From positions 1,550,625-1,614,624 of the forward strand of contig LR991653.1 of assembly GCA_905171695.1 (NCBI GenBank): 64,000 bases of DNA, in the 5' to 3' direction. The DNA comes from Candidatus Methanoperedenaceae archaeon GB37. GTDB lineage: Archaea > Halobacteriota > Methanosarcinia > Methanosarcinales > EX4572-44. Within the stretch, counting starts at the first letter, position 1; every line of letters starts with the position of its first letter. The notes beneath the pieces are model-generated. The model made no database searches, was not told where the DNA came from, and saw only the letters and a program-made list of their open reading frames with translations. Of the stretch, positions 1 through 9,756 are shown in pieces. Both the position numbers and the translations under genes were made by a program.

Positions 1-357
1 TTCTTCTTTTGCAGAATCAAACCGTCCATCAGCCTGCATACTCGCAGAAGCATCTAGAACTATCACAGTATGCCCACCACCAACCTCCTCATCCCCCAAG
101 ACAAAAGGTTCTCCAACCGCAAGCGCAAGCAACAACAAGACCAGCAACTGAATCAAAAACAGAGGATCCTTAACAAAACGCCTGATAGTTGAAAATCTCT
201 TCTTCTCATCCCTAAAATCAAACAAAAACATTATGGAAGAAATCCTGAGCAGAAGAGGCTTGGGCCGCAAGAGATAAAGTATCACCAATGGAACAAGACT
301 GAAGAGCGCCAAAAGCCCCATAGTATTCGCAAAACCAAGCGGAAATCCAGCAACCAT
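1..357 (-). CDS. BatA/vWA domain membrane protein (5' part; runs off the window)
   Basis: Manual translation from ATG at 357: MVAGFPLGFANTMGLLALFSLVPLVILYLLRPKP...LLLLALAVGEP...VIVLDASASMQ. This is a BatA N-terminal double TM plus a vWA MIDAS DxSxS; it follows a DUF58 gene. Confidence 0.8.
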   Translation of the reverse strand, partial: MVAGFPLGFANTMGLLALFSLVPLVILYLLRPKPLLLRISSIMFLFDFRDEKKRFSTIRRFVKDPLFLIQLLVLLLLALAVGEPFVLGDEEVGGGHTVIVLDASASMQADGRFDSAKEE

Positions 358-370
358 AAAACCCACTACC

Positions 371-1222
371 TCACACTCTCATAATCTCAAAAAACGAGTC
401 AAAAATAGGCTTATCAGTAGGAAACATATGATAACTCGCACCAATTTCATCACAAACACCCCGAATCCTATTATTATGAGACTCAAGCCGTGCCCTGTAC
501 TCTCTTGCAAAGCGCGGACTCACATCAACCTCAACACTACCACCACTCTCAAGATCAACAAACCTCACATCACCACGAACCCCAAAACCAAGCTCGAACG
601 GATCCAAGACCTGCAACACCAAGAGCTCATTACGCGCAAACCGATAGATACCAGAGAGAAGACTCTCAGAATCGAAGAGAAAATCAGAGATCAAGACAAC
701 AAGAGACCTCGAACGAATAAAACCCTGATACTGCGCCATACACCTATCAAAGGAAGTGACACCCGAAGGCTTCACACCCTCAAGCATCCGAATAACACTC
801 GAAAGATGATGCATCCCACGCCTCGGACGAGCCACATCAACATCCTCTGAAAAACACGAAACCGAAAACCGCTCATTCTGCCTCCCAACAAGATACGCAA
901 CACCAAGAGCAAGCCGTGCAGCATAATCAAACTTAGGCGGAGACCCAAAACCCATACTACCACTAACATCCAGCAAAACATGAAGGGTGAGACTCTTCTC
1001 CTCCTCAAACTGCTTCACAAAGAGACGCTCAGTACGAGCATACACCCTCCAATCAATACTCCTGAAATCATCACCCGGCACATACTCCCTGTGACCCACA
1101 GCAACCAACCCACGCCCCAAGAGAAGAGACTTCCGAGACCCAGCATACGCAGTAGAGACACGCTTGCGCACCATGAGCTCAAAACGATCCAACTCACTGA
1201 AAAAATCAGGATCGACCAACAT
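371..1222 (-). CDS. DUF58 / vWA-like protein (MoxR-associated)
   Basis: HREYVPGDDFRSIDWRVYAR, LLDVSGSM and LISDF motifs typical of DUF58. Confidence 0.9.
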   Translation of the reverse strand: MLVDPDFFSELDRFELMVRKRVSTAYAGSRKSLLLGRGLVAVGHREYVPGDDFRSIDWRVYARTERLFVKQFEEEKSLTLHVLLDVSGSMGFGSPPKFDYAARLALGVAYLVGRQNERFSVSCFSEDVDVARPRRGMHHLSSVIRMLEGVKPSGVTSFDRCMAQYQGFIRSRSLVVLISDFLFDSESLLSGIYRFARNELLVLQVLDPFELGFGVRGDVRFVDLESGGSVEVDVSPRFAREYRARLESHNNRIRGVCDEIGASYHMFPTDKPIFDSFFEIMRV

Positions 1223-1487
1223 GATAACACCACCATTACTATTCCTACACCACTATTATTCTTTTTTCTCACCTGCCGCATTTCATTAAGGTGGTAGAAA
1301 GCATCATGCTCCATCCTTTTAAGACCATCTTCTGAAGAGCCGTTTAAATCGACATTTTTAAAAGTCTTGGATTTCGGACAGAAACTGAAACACGCTCCAC
1401 TTCGCTCACCACTTCATAACATGCACCACAACAGCAACAGACAGGAAGACTCCACCCGGCACTCCCAATTACCGATTACCTGTACAA

Positions 1488-1531
1488 TAAAAGGAGGGAG
1501 GGCTTGAGCGCAGAAGACCCCCTCTCCTTTA
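1488..1531. repeat. Imperfect inverted repeat (hairpin) downstream of the DUF2240 gene
   Basis: taaaaggagggagggctt ... aagaccccctctccttta. Confidence 0.45.
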
Positions 1532-1551
1532 CTCACCCCACCTCTCAGGTT

Positions 1552-2064
1552 TCAGATTCTCTTCTCTGGGGGTCTTCTTTCTCCATTGGTGGGTTGTGGT
1601 TTTGTTAGTTCTTGGTAGGCTTTTTCGATCAGGCTTTCGAGTTTGGCTCCGTGTTCCATTCCTATTATCAGTGCACTCACGTTTATTTCTACCAGTTTAA
1701 AGAGTTTTTCTTGGTTTTTATTGATTGCAGCGATGAGTTCACGTCTCCCTATACCGGTTTGAACCATTATTTGATCGAGTATTCTTTCAAAAAGGGTTTG
1801 TTTCCCTATTTTTAGTACTTTGGCACTTGGTTTGAAGTCGATCGGTGGATTTATCCTTGCAGGGTTGAAGCATGCTATGATCGATTCGTCATCCTCTCTC
1901 TTAAGCAGTTCGTTCTCGATGCCGATCTGCATGAGGGTCTTTGCTTCCTGAGGGCTGAACCATTTCAGGTCGAGTGTGAGTGTGAAGATGAACTCTTTTA
2001 TTCTGAGCTTCTCTCTGCCTTTCGCCTTGAATGGTTGTGCTACTGCGTATAATAGTTCGCTCAT
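1552..2064 (-). CDS. DUF2240 family protein
   Basis: AVAQPFK...EFIFTLTLDLKWFSPQEAK...P.DFKP pattern of euryarchaeal DUF2240. Confidence 0.8.
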   Translation of the reverse strand: MSELLYAVAQPFKAKGREKLRIKEFIFTLTLDLKWFSPQEAKTLMQIGIENELLKREDDESIIACFNPARINPPIDFKPSAKVLKIGKQTLFERILDQIMVQTGIGRRELIAAINKNQEKLFKLVEINVSALIIGMEHGAKLESLIEKAYQELTKPQPTNGERRPPEKRI

Positions 2065-2561
2065 CTGGTCTTTTGGTGGTTCTTCTCAAGCTCGGTTATG
2101 ATCGTGTCCACCACCTCTTCACACCTTGTCTTTCTCGGTCCGTCGATGTGATGCACCCTCAGTGTCAGCATCTTCCTATCCTGCTCTGTGCCTTCGAAGT
2201 TTGCTCTGACGAGATACGTGTCACCTTTGAATGGCGTGGGTCGGTACTTCTCATCGAGGTAGGTGTATTGAAGCTTGATCTTGAAATCGATCGTGCCTGT
2301 GCCATCGCCTTTGATCACGTCCTTGAGAGACTCCTCATTGAGCGGTATGAACCCGGTCTTCCTCCCTGTAACCTCAACGATGATCTCTCTCTTGGCTCTG
2401 ACCTTACCACCTCCACCTGGCAGGATCGTGGTAAAACTGCCCGACTTCCTGTTCATCAGCGCCATCGTATGAATGAAGTATGGCACAGTCTCACGATAGA
2501 AGAACTTCTGCTCCACAACTGGCATGGCTCTCGGATAACAATACTGCCTACCTTCACTCAT
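2061..2561 (-). CDS. Hypothetical protein
   Basis: 166-aa ORF with a 4-nt overlap to the DUF2240 gene. Confidence 0.6.
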   Translation of the reverse strand: MSEGRQYCYPRAMPVVEQKFFYRETVPYFIHTMALMNRKSGSFTTILPGGGGKVRAKREIIVEVTGRKTGFIPLNEESLKDVIKGDGTGTIDFKIKLQYTYLDEKYRPTPFKGDTYLVRANFEGTEQDRKMLTLRVHHIDGPRKTRCEEVVDTIITELEKNHQKTR

Positions 2562-2608
2562 AGCACTCGAATGTTAGAAGTGCTCTGATAAAAACCTTAC
2601 GATAAATT

Positions 2609-3619
2609 TGCTGTGTTGAATAACTCTTAAGTTTCCTTCCTGTATTTCTCATTTGCAGGAGGGATGATTGGGATGCAGAGTAAGAGAAATTGGAAGGAAT
2701 ATAATGAAAAACTTGTGCGGAGGGGAGAACTCTATATCTCATTGGATTTCCTTGAGAACTGGGATGAAGAATTAAATAGGATGAATGAGGGGAAGGTTGG
2801 CAGACCTTTCAGGTTTCCTCGAACCTTTATGTGTTTTCTAGCTTTCTTGCATGTAGCTTTCCTTCCATTAAGACAAATGGAAGGATTTTTGAGGAAATTA
2901 TCAGAATATATACCTGAGTTAAAGGTAGCTGATTATTCCACTGTTTGTAAGAGGTTGAGGAAACTAGACTTTGAACTCTCTAGTAATCTTGGAGAAGATC
3001 TTGTAGTTGCAATAGATTCGTCTGGTATGAAGATAACGAATAGAGGAGAGTGGATCAGAGATAAATGGAAAGACGAGAAAGGGTTGGATTAAGGTTCATA
3101 TTGCTATAGACGTTAAAACAAGGAAACTCTTAGCCTTAAAGATAACAGATGAAAGAACAGGTGATGGAAAGATGTTAAAACCTCTGGTAAAGCAAATTAA
3201 AGGAAGAGGTGGAGAGATAAGTAGGGTATATGGTGATGGAGGTTATGATAGCAGAGAGAATTTCAATTATCTTGCTGAAAATGATGTAGAACCAGTGATC
3301 AAGATAAGAAGTAACTCTTCAACTAAGTCAAGAGGCTCTCCATCCAGAGCTAAGAGAGTAAGAGAACCCAAAAGAGTTAGGTCATGAAAGATGGAAAGAT
3401 AAATACAGGTATGGCTGCAGATGGACAACAGAGAGTTTCTTCTCTGGTGTTAAAAGAGTATTTGGTGAAACATGCAGAGCAAGATCTACAGAAGCCTTGT
3501 TTCAAGAAGTAAAGATGAAATTCATCTTCTACAACATGCTCATAAGTGTTTAAGCCTACATTCTCAGAGAAACAATTACCTGAAGATATACCCCATCCAG
3601 CCAATTGTTCAACACAGCA
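2609..3619 (+). mobile_element. IS5-family element, copy 1
   Basis: TIRs tgctgtgttgaataact (2609) and aattgttcaacacagca (ends 3619), 15/17 match; transposase fragments inside; near-identical copy at 24760. Confidence 0.9.
2664..3553 (+). pseudogene. IS5-family DDE transposase with two frameshifts
   Basis: NWKEYNEKLVRRGE, AIDSSGMK, KGWIKVHIAID (shifted frame), GDGGYD and RWTTESFFSGVKR (third segment); shifts near 3070 and 3370. Confidence 0.85.
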
Positions 3620-3714
3620 GCTATTGATAATGTATATATATTATGGTGACAGATTGGGAAATGACAATATTTCATTATGCTCATCATAAGCATTATGTTG
3701 TTTGGTATTGATGG

Positions 3715-4428
3715 ATGGAAGAAGGCATGCTTGATTACTCACTCGGCATCCCCGAGGTCGATGAAATAACCGGTGGTGTCCCGAAGGGCACGAACATAAT
3801 GTTACTTGGACCACCCCTCACAGGAAAACATCTCCTCATCAGACACATAATCTACCACACAATAAAAGAAGGGGATTCCGCAGTACTAGTATCGACCAGA
3901 GACACGGGAGACGAGATCATAGAATGGTTCTCAGAATACCTTGAAGAAGAGGAGAGATCGCGCATAGGAATCGTTGACTGTGTGACAAAGAGCCTCGGCA
4001 AGAACATCCATGACAAGGACGTTGTGAAATACGCATCAAGCCCCGTAGATCTCACAGGCATCGGGATTAAGATAAGCCAGTTCTTCGAAGAGTTCATACG
4101 GAGAAGACAGATACCGAAGACGATACTCTGCATCGACTCGGTCTCAACCCTACTGATGTACACCAACATCCAGACACTCTTCAGATTCCTGCACGTCTTC
4201 ACAGGCAGGGTGAAGCTTGCAGGAGCGATCGGGATCTACGTGGTGGACGAAGGGATGCACGATGATAAGAGCATCAACACTCTGAAACAGCTATTTCCGG
4301 CAGTCTTTGAAGTGAAAACAGATGGTGAAGAGAATCACCTCCGTATTCTCGGACTTGGATCAAAACCCACCCCCTGGAAGAGGTACGAGATAGACGGGGT
4401 TGAGGTCGTGATCAAGAGCGGTGAATGA
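3715..4428 (+). CDS. KaiC/RAD55-like RecA-superfamily ATPase
   Basis: GIPEVDEITGGVPKG; Walker A GPPLTGKH; Walker B LCIDS; FRFLHVFTGRV. Confidence 0.85.
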   Translation: MEEGMLDYSLGIPEVDEITGGVPKGTNIMLLGPPLTGKHLLIRHIIYHTIKEGDSAVLVSTRDTGDEIIEWFSEYLEEEERSRIGIVDCVTKSLGKNIHDKDVVKYASSPVDLTGIGIKISQFFEEFIRRRQIPKTILCIDSVSTLLMYTNIQTLFRFLHVFTGRVKLAGAIGIYVVDEGMHDDKSINTLKQLFPAVFEVKTDGEENHLRILGLGSKPTPWKRYEIDGVEVVIKSGE

Positions 4429-4431
4429 ACG

Positions 4432-5601
4432 ATGGTCACCACAGGAATTCCCAAACTGGACGATTACCTTGGTGGCGGAATTCCGCCTGGCAAGACCGTT
4501 CTCTACTACAATCACCCAGGGGTTGAAGGAGATATCTTCATAATCCATGCGCTCTACCACAACATACTTGCAGGCAGGAAGAGCATATATCTCACCTTGA
4601 GTTCAGACCCGCAGATCTTCAGAGAGGAGTTCATGAGCCTTGGATGGAAGATAGAGGAGCATGCAGAAAAATTTATACTCATTGATGCCTATTCGAGTCT
4701 CATTGGAGCCACATCAGGAGAAGAGTATGTTGTAGATAATCCGGAAGATATAGGTAACATTGACAGAATCGTTAGAAGAGCACTGGACGACTCCGATGAG
4801 AATCTGCTGCTCTGTTGTCCACTCTCAGCAATTATGGATCTATGTGGTGTTGAGGAGACTCTCAAGGTGGTTGTTGGGTGGAACAACATGGTAGGGGATC
4901 GCGGCCAAAATATAATCTATCACTTCACAGCATGGCCATATCCAAGCGAAGTTCTGGAGAGAATAAAAGAGGAACTCTTCAACGCAGTGATCGAGATTGG
5001 AGGAATAAGAGAGCGCGTCATCTTCGGACAGTACTTTGCAGTGGTGAAGGCAGATTGGACACGGGCAACCGGGAAGACCGTTCTCTTCAAGGTGGTGCGA
5101 CCCGGAGGGGTACGATTATATATACCAAAGATACTTGTAACAGGTCCATTCAATGCTGGGAAATCGAGCTTTGTGCGCGCACTCTCGACAAAGTCGGTCT
5201 CGGTGGATCGTAACAACACAACAGTAGCGCTTGACTATGGACACGTTGACCACAAAGGCATGAGCGCAGACATATTCGGAACGCCTGGTCAGGAACGATT
5301 CGATCCGATACTGCGGATGCTATCGAGTGAAGCGATGGGAATATTCCTGGTGTTGGACTCAACGAGACCAAGAGACTTTGAACGTGCAAAGAAGATGTTA
5401 GAAATGGCAAGATCGTATGGACTACCATATATTATAATAGCGAACAAGCAGGACCTGGATGGCGCGCTCTCTCCAGACGAGATAAGAAGACGATTCAATG
5501 TGCCAGATGATGTTCCAATAGTTCCAACGATCGCCACCGAGAAGAAGGGTGTGTTCGAAGCCTTTGAACTACTGGTCGAACGAATAATGGAGGACAAGTA
5601 A
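4432..5601 (+). CDS. Fusion of an inactive KaiC-like domain and a small GTPase (MglA/Rab-like)
   Basis: N-terminal TTGIPKLDDYLGGGIPPG with a degenerate P-loop (HPGVEGD); C-terminal G1 GPFNAGKS, G2 TTVALD, G3 GTPGQERF, G4 NKQD. Confidence 0.85.
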   Translation: MVTTGIPKLDDYLGGGIPPGKTVLYYNHPGVEGDIFIIHALYHNILAGRKSIYLTLSSDPQIFREEFMSLGWKIEEHAEKFILIDAYSSLIGATSGEEYVVDNPEDIGNIDRIVRRALDDSDENLLLCCPLSAIMDLCGVEETLKVVVGWNNMVGDRGQNIIYHFTAWPYPSEVLERIKEELFNAVIEIGGIRERVIFGQYFAVVKADWTRATGKTVLFKVVRPGGVRLYIPKILVTGPFNAGKSSFVRALSTKSVSVDRNNTTVALDYGHVDHKGMSADIFGTPGQERFDPILRMLSSEAMGIFLVLDSTRPRDFERAKKMLEMARSYGLPYIIIANKQDLDGALSPDEIRRRFNVPDDVPIVPTIATEKKGVFEAFELLVERIMEDK

Positions 5602-5602
5602 G

Positions 5603-5968
5603 GTGTTGAGTGGTGAAGACCTTGACACGATGCTATCACAACTACTGAGAGTGGGAGGGATCAAGGCCGCGGTCATCGCGAGCAGAGATGGACTCCTCAT
5701 CCGTGCAATGCTGCCTGAGGCGAAAGGGCATGAGAAGACGCTTGCAGCCATGTCAGCCACGATGCTTGGGGCAGCAGAGACCGTTATGATCGAGATTGGA
5801 AAAGGGGTTCCTGATAGTGTTATTGTGGACTCGAAGAACGGCAGGATGATCGCGATCGGAGCCGGGAAACGAGCGATACTTGTGGGTCTGACCGAAGAGG
5901 ATGCAACTCTCGGGCTTGCACTGGTCGAGCTTGAGAAGGTGGCAAAAGAACTGAGAGAAAAATTATAA
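5603..5968 (+). CDS. Roadblock/LC7 (MglB-like) protein
   Basis: GIKAAVIASRDGLLI...LAAMSATMLGAAE...LGLALVEL signature. Confidence 0.9.
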   Translation: MLSGEDLDTMLSQLLRVGGIKAAVIASRDGLLIRAMLPEAKGHEKTLAAMSATMLGAAETVMIEIGKGVPDSVIVDSKNGRMIAIGAGKRAILVGLTEEDATLGLALVELEKVAKELREKL

Positions 5969-5991
5969 TAAATGATATTAAATGATATTTT

Positions 5992-7077
5992 TTGGTGTTC
6001 CGCTTGATTGAGCCGCCACGACTTCTCGCATGGGAACTGACCGCAGCATGCAACCTTGAGTGTGCCCATTGCAGGGGCGCCGCAACCAGAAGACCGAGCC
6101 CGGACGAGCTCAGCACCGAAGAAGCGATGCGACTCATAGACGAACTTGCAGATTATGGAAGACCGATCCTGATCATAAGTGGAGGCGAGCCACTCGTAAG
6201 AGACGACGTCTTCGAGATCGCACGATACGGGACAGAGAAGGGGCTCAGGGTGGTTCTTGCAACCAACGGAACACTGGTCACAAGAGAGAATGCCAAAGAG
6301 ATGAAAGAGGCAGGAATCAGGCGTGTGAGCATAAGTATCGACGGTGCAACCCCTGAAACACACGACGATTTTCGCGGCATGAAGGGATCGTTTGAAGGCG
6401 CACTTCGAGGCATAGGCGAGATACAGAGAGCAGGAATCGAACTACAGATCAATACAACCATAACGAAACGGAACAAGTGCGAGATCGAAGAGATCCACCG
6501 ACTTGCAGAGACGCTCGGTGCAGATGCACACCACATATTCCTTCTCGTCCCAACAGGAAGAGCCAGCGGGATGGAAGAAGAAGAGATACCTCCAGAGGAG
6601 TACGAGGCTCTCTTGAACTGGTTCTACGATCTCGAAAAGAGAGAAAGAGAGAAGGCAAAAGAGGGCAAGAGACAGATGGATCTGAAGGCAACCTGTGCAC
6701 CACACTACCAGAGAATAATGCGAGAGCGTGCAAAACTGGAGGGAAGAAAGGTAAAACCAGTAGAAGACGGGCTTCGAGCCACTGCCAAGGGATGTCTTGG
6801 GGGAACAGGCTTCTGCTTCGTATCGCACATCGGCGAGGTCTACCCCTGCGGATACCTTCCCGCTCTTGCAGGAAAGATCAGAGAAGACTCATTTAAAGAT
6901 ATATGGGAAAAATCTCAGGTCTTTAATGATCTACGCGACCCGGACAAGTTAAAAGGCAAGTGTGGAATCTGCGAGTACCGAAAGGTCTGCGGAGGATGCC
7001 GCGCACGAGCCTTTGCAGAGACAGGCGACTACCTATCAGAAGAACCATACTGCATATACAACGCCAATGAAGGATAA
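5992..7077 (+). CDS. ahbD: Radical SAM heme b synthase (AhbD)
   Basis: WELTAACNLECAHC, KATCAPHY, GCLGGTGFCF, SPASM CGICEYRKVCGGCRARA; adjacent to ahbA. Confidence 0.85.
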   Translation: MVFRLIEPPRLLAWELTAACNLECAHCRGAATRRPSPDELSTEEAMRLIDELADYGRPILIISGGEPLVRDDVFEIARYGTEKGLRVVLATNGTLVTRENAKEMKEAGIRRVSISIDGATPETHDDFRGMKGSFEGALRGIGEIQRAGIELQINTTITKRNKCEIEEIHRLAETLGADAHHIFLLVPTGRASGMEEEEIPPEEYEALLNWFYDLEKREREKAKEGKRQMDLKATCAPHYQRIMRERAKLEGRKVKPVEDGLRATAKGCLGGTGFCFVSHIGEVYPCGYLPALAGKIREDSFKDIWEKSQVFNDLRDPDKLKGKCGICEYRKVCGGCRARAFAETGDYLSEEPYCIYNANEG

Positions 7078-7534
7078 ACCCGTGCCACTCGACGAGATTG
7101 ACAAAGAACTCCTGAACCTGATCCAGCTTGACTTTCCACTCGAAAAGGAGCCGTTCAAAAGACTCGGAAGCGAACTTGAGATCACCGAGAACGAGGTTAT
7201 CGATCGGATCAAACGGCTCATGAGAGAGGGCGCTCTGCGACGCATAGGACCTGTGATCAACCGAGAGAACCGTGGTGGTGCTGGCGTCCTTGCCGCACTA
7301 CGAGTAGAGGAAGAGAGAATCGATGAGGTGGCAGAGATCATCAACAGGTACGATGAGGTTTCACACAACTATCTGCGAGAGGGACCCTACAACATCTGGT
7401 TCACAGTCTCGGCAGAGAACCCAGGAGAACTTGAGAGAATACTCTGTGAGATAGAGACGCAAACAGGATACACACCACTCAGACTCCCAACAAAGAAGGT
7501 CTTCAAGATCGGGGTGAGATTCGAGATACGCTGA
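7067..7534 (+). CDS. ahbA: Siroheme decarboxylase alpha subunit (Lrp/AsnC fold)
   Basis: ATG at 7067; LLNLIQLDFPLEKEPF, VSHNYLR, YNIWFT, FKIGVRF. Confidence 0.8.
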   Translation: MKDKPVPLDEIDKELLNLIQLDFPLEKEPFKRLGSELEITENEVIDRIKRLMREGALRRIGPVINRENRGGAGVLAALRVEEERIDEVAEIINRYDEVSHNYLREGPYNIWFTVSAENPGELERILCEIETQTGYTPLRLPTKKVFKIGVRFEIR

Positions 7535-7566
7535 AGCGTTCCATCACGTATTCAAAAATGTTTAGA

Positions 7567-7581
7567 GAGAAAGCTTTAAAT
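7567..7581 (+). promoter_or_regulatory. Putative BRE-TATA promoter upstream of tRNA-Lys and the rpo operon
   Basis: gagaaag-ctttaaat. Confidence 0.35.
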
Positions 7582-7744
7582 CTGGGCAGAGCATTAAAGG
7601 GCGTGGTATCGTGGCACATCTGATGGATCAATTCAACATCCTGGATCAGTGTGCGGCAAGCCTGATTATATCGCCTCTGCGTTCTGAGTATAGCTGTCAG
7701 AGTATGAGTTGCAGGAGTTGGAGGAGTGTAGATTCTACCCATGT

Positions 7745-7818
7745 GGGCTCGTAGCTCAGTTAGGCAGAGCACCTGGCTTTTAACCAGATGGTCGTGGGTT
7801 CAAATCCCATCGAGCCCG
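7745..7818 (+). tRNA. tRNA-Lys (UUU)
   Basis: Acceptor stem GGGCTCG/CGAGCCC, D-arm GCTC..GAGC, anticodon loop CT-TTT-AA, T-loop GGTTCAAATCC; no intron; CCA not encoded. Confidence 0.95.
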
Positions 7819-7920
7819 TCAGTATCAGGTGCTCTTAGGTGCTCTTATCCTGCAAATGTGGGTCTCGTTGTGGGTCTCGTTTGATGGTGAGCCTATGTGA
7901 TACGGAGGGTGTTTAAGTAA

Positions 7921-8157
7921 GTGGATGAATTCAGTCTGTTGGATCATGAGATGGTTCCTTGTCATGAGATACTGGACGAAGAAGAGGTTAAATCTCTTCT
8001 GGAGAGATACGGTATTGAAAAGGAACAGCTTCCAAAGATCAAAGTCAAAGATCCTGTAATAAAAGAGATCAAAGCGCAGGTGGGAGATGTGATCAAAATA
8101 ACCAGGAAGAGTGCCACAGCAGGAGAAGCAAACATATACAGATTGGTTATCGGATAA
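7921..8157 (+). CDS. rpoH: RNA polymerase subunit H (Rpo5)
   Basis: HEMVPCHEIL...QLPKI...DP...GDVIKITRKS.TAG...YRLV. Confidence 0.97.
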   Translation: MDEFSLLDHEMVPCHEILDEEEVKSLLERYGIEKEQLPKIKVKDPVIKEIKAQVGDVIKITRKSATAGEANIYRLVIG

Positions 8158-8181
8158 AATAGCTCGAGAGGGGTTGTTGCA

Positions 8182-9756
8182 TTGTTAGATAGAAGAGTTC
8201 TGTCAAAGGCTTATTTCACGCATGATAAGATGGTTCGACACCAGATCGATTCGTTCAACGAATTCCTTGATCATGGACTCCAGAAGGTCGTTGATGAACA
8301 ACGTATTATAGAGACCAATATCGAGGATGTTTATATAGAGCTCGGAGAGATCAAAGTTGGAAATCCGATCGTCAGGGAGGCTGATGGAGCAACAGATAGG
8401 CTCTATCCCACGGATGCACGTCTGCGAAACATCACCTATGCAGCACCGATCTATCTTGAGATGATCATCGTTAAGGATGGTGAGGAGAGTGAGCCGAGGG
8501 ATGCAAGGATAGGAATGCTTCCGATAATGCTCCACTCAAAGGCATGTAATCTGTGTGGCATGTCCGAGAAGGATATGATCAGTCTTGGTGAGGATCCCCA
8601 TGACCCAGGAGGTTATTTCATAATAAACGGAACAGAACGTGTGATAACCACGCTTGAAGATCTTGCACCGAACAAGATAATGGTGGAGTTTGAGACACGC
8701 TACGGTGAGCAGATCGAGGTTGCAAAGGTCTTCTCGCACCGAAGAGGTTATCGTGCCCTTACAGTCGTTGAACGGAACAAGAACTCCATCCTCGAGGTAT
8801 CGTTCCCCTCCATCTCAGGGCGAATCAACTTTGTTACCATAGTACGGGCGCTCGGTGTGGAGACCGATGAAGACATCGTGGGAATGGTCTCGAGCGATCC
8901 TGAGATTGTGAAGTTCATGCTCGAGAACCTGGAAGAGGCTGAGGTATGGACACGTGACGAAGCTCTTGAGAAGTTGGGCAACAGGATTGCAGCTGGCCAG
9001 ATAAAGGAGTATCAGATAAAGAGGGCAAACTACGTGCTTGACAGGTACCTCCTTCCACACCTTGGAAACGAGGAGCGATATCGCCTGCTTAAGGCGCAGT
9101 TTCTTGGGCGGATGGCTGAGGCTTGCTTTGAACTTGCAATCGGGCGCAGGGGCGAGGTCGACAAGGATCATTATGCCAACAAGCGGTTGAAGCTTGCAGG
9201 GAATCTGATGGAGGATCTCTTCAGGGTCTCGTTCAACCGATTGACACGTGATATCAAGTACCAGCTTGAACGTGCCAATATGCGGAACAGGGATCTCAGC
9301 GTTGCGACCGTTGTGCGTTCAGACGTTCTCACCGAGCGGCTCAACCACTCGCTTGCCACTGGAAACTGGGTGGGTGGTCGCACTGGTGTCTCGCAGCTCC
9401 TTGACCGCACGAACTTCATAGCAACGCTCTCACACCTGCGCAGGGTTATTTCACCGCTCTCTCGTTCACAGCCACATTTCGAGGCACGTGATCTTCATCC
9501 AACGCAGTGGGGGAGGATATGTCCGTCAGAGACCCCTGAGGGGCCAAACTGTGGGCTTGTTAAGAACTTTGCCCAGATGGTTGAGATCTCAACAGGTATC
9601 GATGATGAGACCGAGGTTAAGGACATGCTCTTTGAGAGGCTTGGCGTGACGCCGCTTGCACCATTCCTGGTGGGTGACCGGGAGGTTCCTGTCTCGTATG
9701 CAACCGAGCTTGAAGCACAGGACGATGAACTGGTTTATGAGGTTGAAGAGGTATGA
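8182..9756 (+). CDS. rpoB2: RNA polymerase subunit B'' (Rpo2N)
   Basis: [33 protein letters not shown]. Confidence 0.97.
   Translation: MLDRRVLSKAYFTHDKMVRHQIDSFNEFLDHGLQKVVDEQRIIETNIEDVYIELGEIKVGNPIVREADGATDRLYPTDARLRNITYAAPIYLEMIIVKDGEESEPRDARIGMLPIMLHSKACNLCGMSEKDMISLGEDPHDPGGYFIINGTERVITTLEDLAPNKIMVEFETRYGEQIEVAKVFSHRRGYRALTVVERNKNSILEVSFPSISGRINFVTIVRALGVETDEDIVGMVSSDPEIVKFMLENLEEAEVWTRDEALEKLGNRIAAGQIKEYQIKRANYVLDRYLLPHLGNEERYRLLKAQFLGRMAEACFELAIGRRGEVDKDHYANKRLKLAGNLMEDLFRVSFNRLTRDIKYQLERANMRNRDLSVATVVRSDVLTERLNHSLATGNWVGGRTGVSQLLDRTNFIATLSHLRRVISPLSRSQPHFEARDLHPTQWGRICPSETPEGPNCGLVKNFAQMVEISTGIDDETEVKDMLFERLGVTPLAPFLVGDREVPVSYATELEAQDDELVYEVEEV

Noticed and set aside
7745-7818. tRNA-Lys as the integration site of the RM island
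   Set aside because: No duplicate of the tRNA 3' end and no integrase were seen; core genes flank the tRNA.
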